In this document: positions 62,044 to 64,000 of the stretch, piece after piece
Layout: every line of letters starts with the position of its first letter
How positions within the stretch are numbered: the stretch's first letter is position 1
DNA from: a virus
Length of the DNA: 64,000 nucleotides
Strand: one strand, 5' to 3'
Virus record (IMG/VR): IMGVR_UViG_3300025738_000001
The notes under the pieces: generated by a model
Told to the model about the DNA's origin: nothing
What the model saw: the letters and a program-made list of their open reading frames with translations, nothing else
Databases searched by the model: none
Translations under genes and position numbers: made by a program

Positions 62044-62472
62044 TTAGATAATCTCCAATGGTATTTGTTTAATGATTGCTTGTCTAACTTCTTTAATCAC
62101 ATGGTCTAACAGTGACACACGTAATGCACCATACTCACCTTCCCACATGTTACCGGTGTTGTTGAACATGTCGTCAGAACTGTGGTCATTTCCCGTAAGA
62201 GTTGCAGGCACAGGATAGTCATAGTCACCTGAGAAGTGTTCCCATGTTGCGAACCACTTGTGATTATTGGTGTCCCATACTCTCTCGATAGGTGGATAAC
62301 CCCAACCGTGGTACCCGTTACCTGAACACATAATCATATTGTCACAGATACCGTCCTCTTCATCAAAGAAGTCTGGATGTTGTTCACGTATCTTTTCTAG
62401 AAAGTACAGTACTCTACGTAGGTTAGACACAGTATACGTATAAGGAATATAGCTTGCGGTGGATATGAACAT
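62044..62472 (-). CDS. Early hypothetical protein (142 aa)
   Basis: ORF track. Confidence 0.6.
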   Translation of the reverse strand: MFISTASYIPYTYTVSNLRRVLYFLEKIREQHPDFFDEEDGICDNMIMCSGNGYHGWGYPPIERVWDTNNHKWFATWEHFSGDYDYPVPATLTGNDHSSDDMFNNTGNMWEGEYGALRVSLLDHVIKEVRQAIIKQIPLEII

Positions 62473-62475
62473 AGT

Positions 62476-62694
62476 CTAACTCCAAGTAATGTTAAGGTTA
62501 AGTAGTTGGTTATAGTGGTCTAACAGTGCGTCACAGTCTTCAAGCTTACCCAAGAGTTCGCCCTCTTCAACTACGAGGCATAACATCTCAGCGCCATCGG
62601 GATTCTTGCATTGAGCCACATGGTTAATTTGTAAGTCGGTAAGCAACTGAGTGCCTAAGTTGTTGAGGTAAATTACTTTATCTAGGTTAAGCAT
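62476..62694 (-). CDS. Early hypothetical protein (72 aa)
   Basis: Met22 of the track ORF; RBS aggag at 6 nt. Confidence 0.55.
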   Translation of the reverse strand: MLNLDKVIYLNNLGTQLLTDLQINHVAQCKNPDGAEMLCLVVEEGELLGKLEDCDALLDHYNQLLNLNITWS

Positions 62695-62778
62695 GAGGAC
62701 TCCTAACTGAATAGTGTTACGAAAGAGATTAATATGATTACTATTAGTACAGCGCACACTGCGTCAAAGGTTGTATAT

Positions 62779-62949
62779 TTAGTCACAAGTAACCTCAATG
62801 ATTGTTTGGTTAGATTTAACAGGGCTGAATGCATCAGCAATGTGGTCAGCAGTTAGAGTAGCCATTAGTATAGCTTTGGCTTGTTGTTGGCGCATTTCTT
62901 CTTGCTTGGCAGCGAATCGGTCGCCCCAGTATTGGTGATTACGAATCAT
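62779..62949 (-). CDS. Micro-ORF (56 aa), below the ORF-track cutoff
   Basis: Hand translation MIRNHQYWGDRFAAKQEEMRQQQAKAILMATLTADHIADAFSPVKSNQTIIEVTCD. ATGA overlap with the upstream stop. Confidence 0.45.
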   Translation of the reverse strand: MIRNHQYWGDRFAAKQEEMRQQQAKAILMATLTADHIADAFSPVKSNQTIIEVTCD

Positions 62950-63389
62950 AATGTACCTCCATAGTACGCTTCAATATGTTTGAGTAATTTCAAGTGGTTA
63001 GTCGAATTGAGTGCTACACGTATATCAGATGATACTACTATGAACACATCGCCTCCATCAGGGTTAAGTATTGCGTTAATGCTTGTTACGTTGACTAGTA
63101 CGTCACGGTTGTAAGTGTTCTTTAATGGGATGAATGGGAGTACTGGTTTAGGTGCGTTACGTAGTAGCTTACTCTTGGCTTCAGCACCAGTAGCGCCTAT
63201 TTGAGCTTTCATTGTACAATCAGAACAGTAGTCATTCTGAGTGCTCACACGATTGAAGCATGAGTTGTCAGCGCACAGTATCTTCTTAACTTTCTTATGA
63301 ACTAGATTGTTGTGGTATACACAGTAGCCTGAAGCAGTTGTTGCATTGCTTACACACCCGACACTCTTACAATAATTATGCATGAGCAA
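62946..63389 (-). CDS. Early Cys-rich (double zinc-motif) protein
   Basis: CKSVGC...GYCVYH and CADNSC...DYCSDC repeats. Confidence 0.6.
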   Translation of the reverse strand: MLMHNYCKSVGCVSNATTASGYCVYHNNLVHKKVKKILCADNSCFNRVSTQNDYCSDCTMKAQIGATGAEAKSKLLRNAPKPVLPFIPLKNTYNRDVLVNVTSINAILNPDGGDVFIVVSSDIRVALNSTNHLKLLKHIEAYYGGTL

Positions 63390-63493
63390 GTCTCTCTTGT
63401 TTGGTTAGATTACGTTGGATTTGAGCCATGATAGCCGGTTGGTCTACTGCATGTGCCCTAGCATAACGCTTGATGAGCACAGTATATTTAAAC

Positions 63494-63781
63494 TTAAGTG
63501 TTTGAATCTGGGTCATATTTGAATGTCCATATGTACCCGTATGCAGTCTTACCTATCCCTCCACATACGTTAGATATGGGTGATGAGTGAGCTGTTATAC
63601 GGTGTTGATTAGCCACGAAACGAGCCGCAGCACTCACTGATACAAAGGTACGAAGATACGTACCATTCAGCATGAATTGTTTAACTGGTTTAGCATTGGG
63701 TCTAATCTTCAAGGTCAGCCTCTGCGATGGTAACCCATGCTTGTTGGTATGATGGAACACACTGGTTCCACATGTATTCAT
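63494..63781 (-). CDS. NUMOD1-like helix-turn-helix protein (stand-alone homing-endonuclease-type DNA-binding module)
   Basis: KPVKQFMLNGTYLRTFVSVSAAARFV...ISNVCGGIGKTAYGYIWTFK fits the NUMOD1 pattern (from memory). Start uncertain (63781 or 63673). Confidence 0.5.
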   Translation of the reverse strand: MNTCGTSVFHHTNKHGLPSQRLTLKIRPNAKPVKQFMLNGTYLRTFVSVSAAARFVANQHRITAHSSPISNVCGGIGKTAYGYIWTFKYDPDSNT

Positions 63782-63968
63782 AGCCTTCTGAATCTATATC
63801 CAAATGCTTATAGTAAAGCTCCTGTGCACGTTTTATGACAGATACAGGTATTGGCTTAACAATCTGTTTGGCTTCACATACATCACAGTGAGTGTGGCCT
63901 TCTCTTACTTGAGTGATACAGTACGTGCTATTACACAGTGCTGATGATAATGGCTGAGTAAACAACAC
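63702..63968 (-). CDS. Early Cys-motif protein (88 aa)
   Basis: CNSTYC...HCDVC motif similar to those in 62946..63389. Overlaps the next ORF by 80 nt. Confidence 0.5.
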   Translation of the reverse strand: MLFTQPLSSALCNSTYCITQVREGHTHCDVCEAKQIVKPIPVSVIKRAQELYYKHLDIDSEGYEYMWNQCVPSYQQAWVTIAEADLED

Positions 63969-64000
63969 AGTATGGTGTAGTTCACAATAGATAGAGCCAC

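Noticed and set aside
1-64000. CRISPR arrays, integrase/attachment sites, transposases, rRNA genes
   Set aside because: No regularly spaced direct repeats and no recombinase- or transposase-like ORFs were seen. The only repeats are the fibre duplication and the short hairpin and junction motifs reported above.

Overview
This window is a segment of a virulent N4-like (Schitoviridae-type) podophage genome. No integrase, transposase, rRNA or CRISPR array is visible.

**+ strand, 1-26234 (late/structural operon):** tail fibres, a lysis cassette, portal, scaffold-like protein, major capsid candidate, several virion proteins and a 3131-aa virion-encapsidated RNA polymerase (vRNAP) carrying T7-like motifs A, B and C.

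**- strand, 64000 down to 26303:**
- An early block of small ORFs plus a two-subunit T7-like RNAP II, closed by an intrinsic terminator at about 56.2 kb.
- An accessory zone (47.4-56.2 kb) with three ORF-free RNA arrays. They hold 3 canonical tRNAs (Cys-GCA, Met-CAT, Ser-GCT) and at least 6 non-canonical tRNA-like or minihelix RNAs. The zone also has a T7-type DNA ligase, a HAD phosphatase and small envelope proteins.
- A replication module in the gene order I recall for N4 gp37-gp45: SF1 helicase, family A DNA polymerase, metallophosphoesterase, Cas4-like nuclease, primase, ATPase and an SSB candidate. It also includes a MoxR/VWA pair, PhoH and a mini trimeric-autotransporter-like protein.

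**Most notable observations:**
- A family of 5-bp-stem/3-nt-purine-loop hairpins of the N4 promoter type sits in seven intergenic gaps, three of them heading the RNA arrays or their leaders.
- The butt-joined tRNA-like RNA arrays.
- A chain of translationally coupled micro-ORFs that fall below the 60-aa cutoff of the ORF track.

All homology statements are motif- or synteny-based recall, not searches. Coordinates for features absent from the ORF track were derived by hand and calibrated on nearby ORF ends, so they may be off by 1-2 nt.
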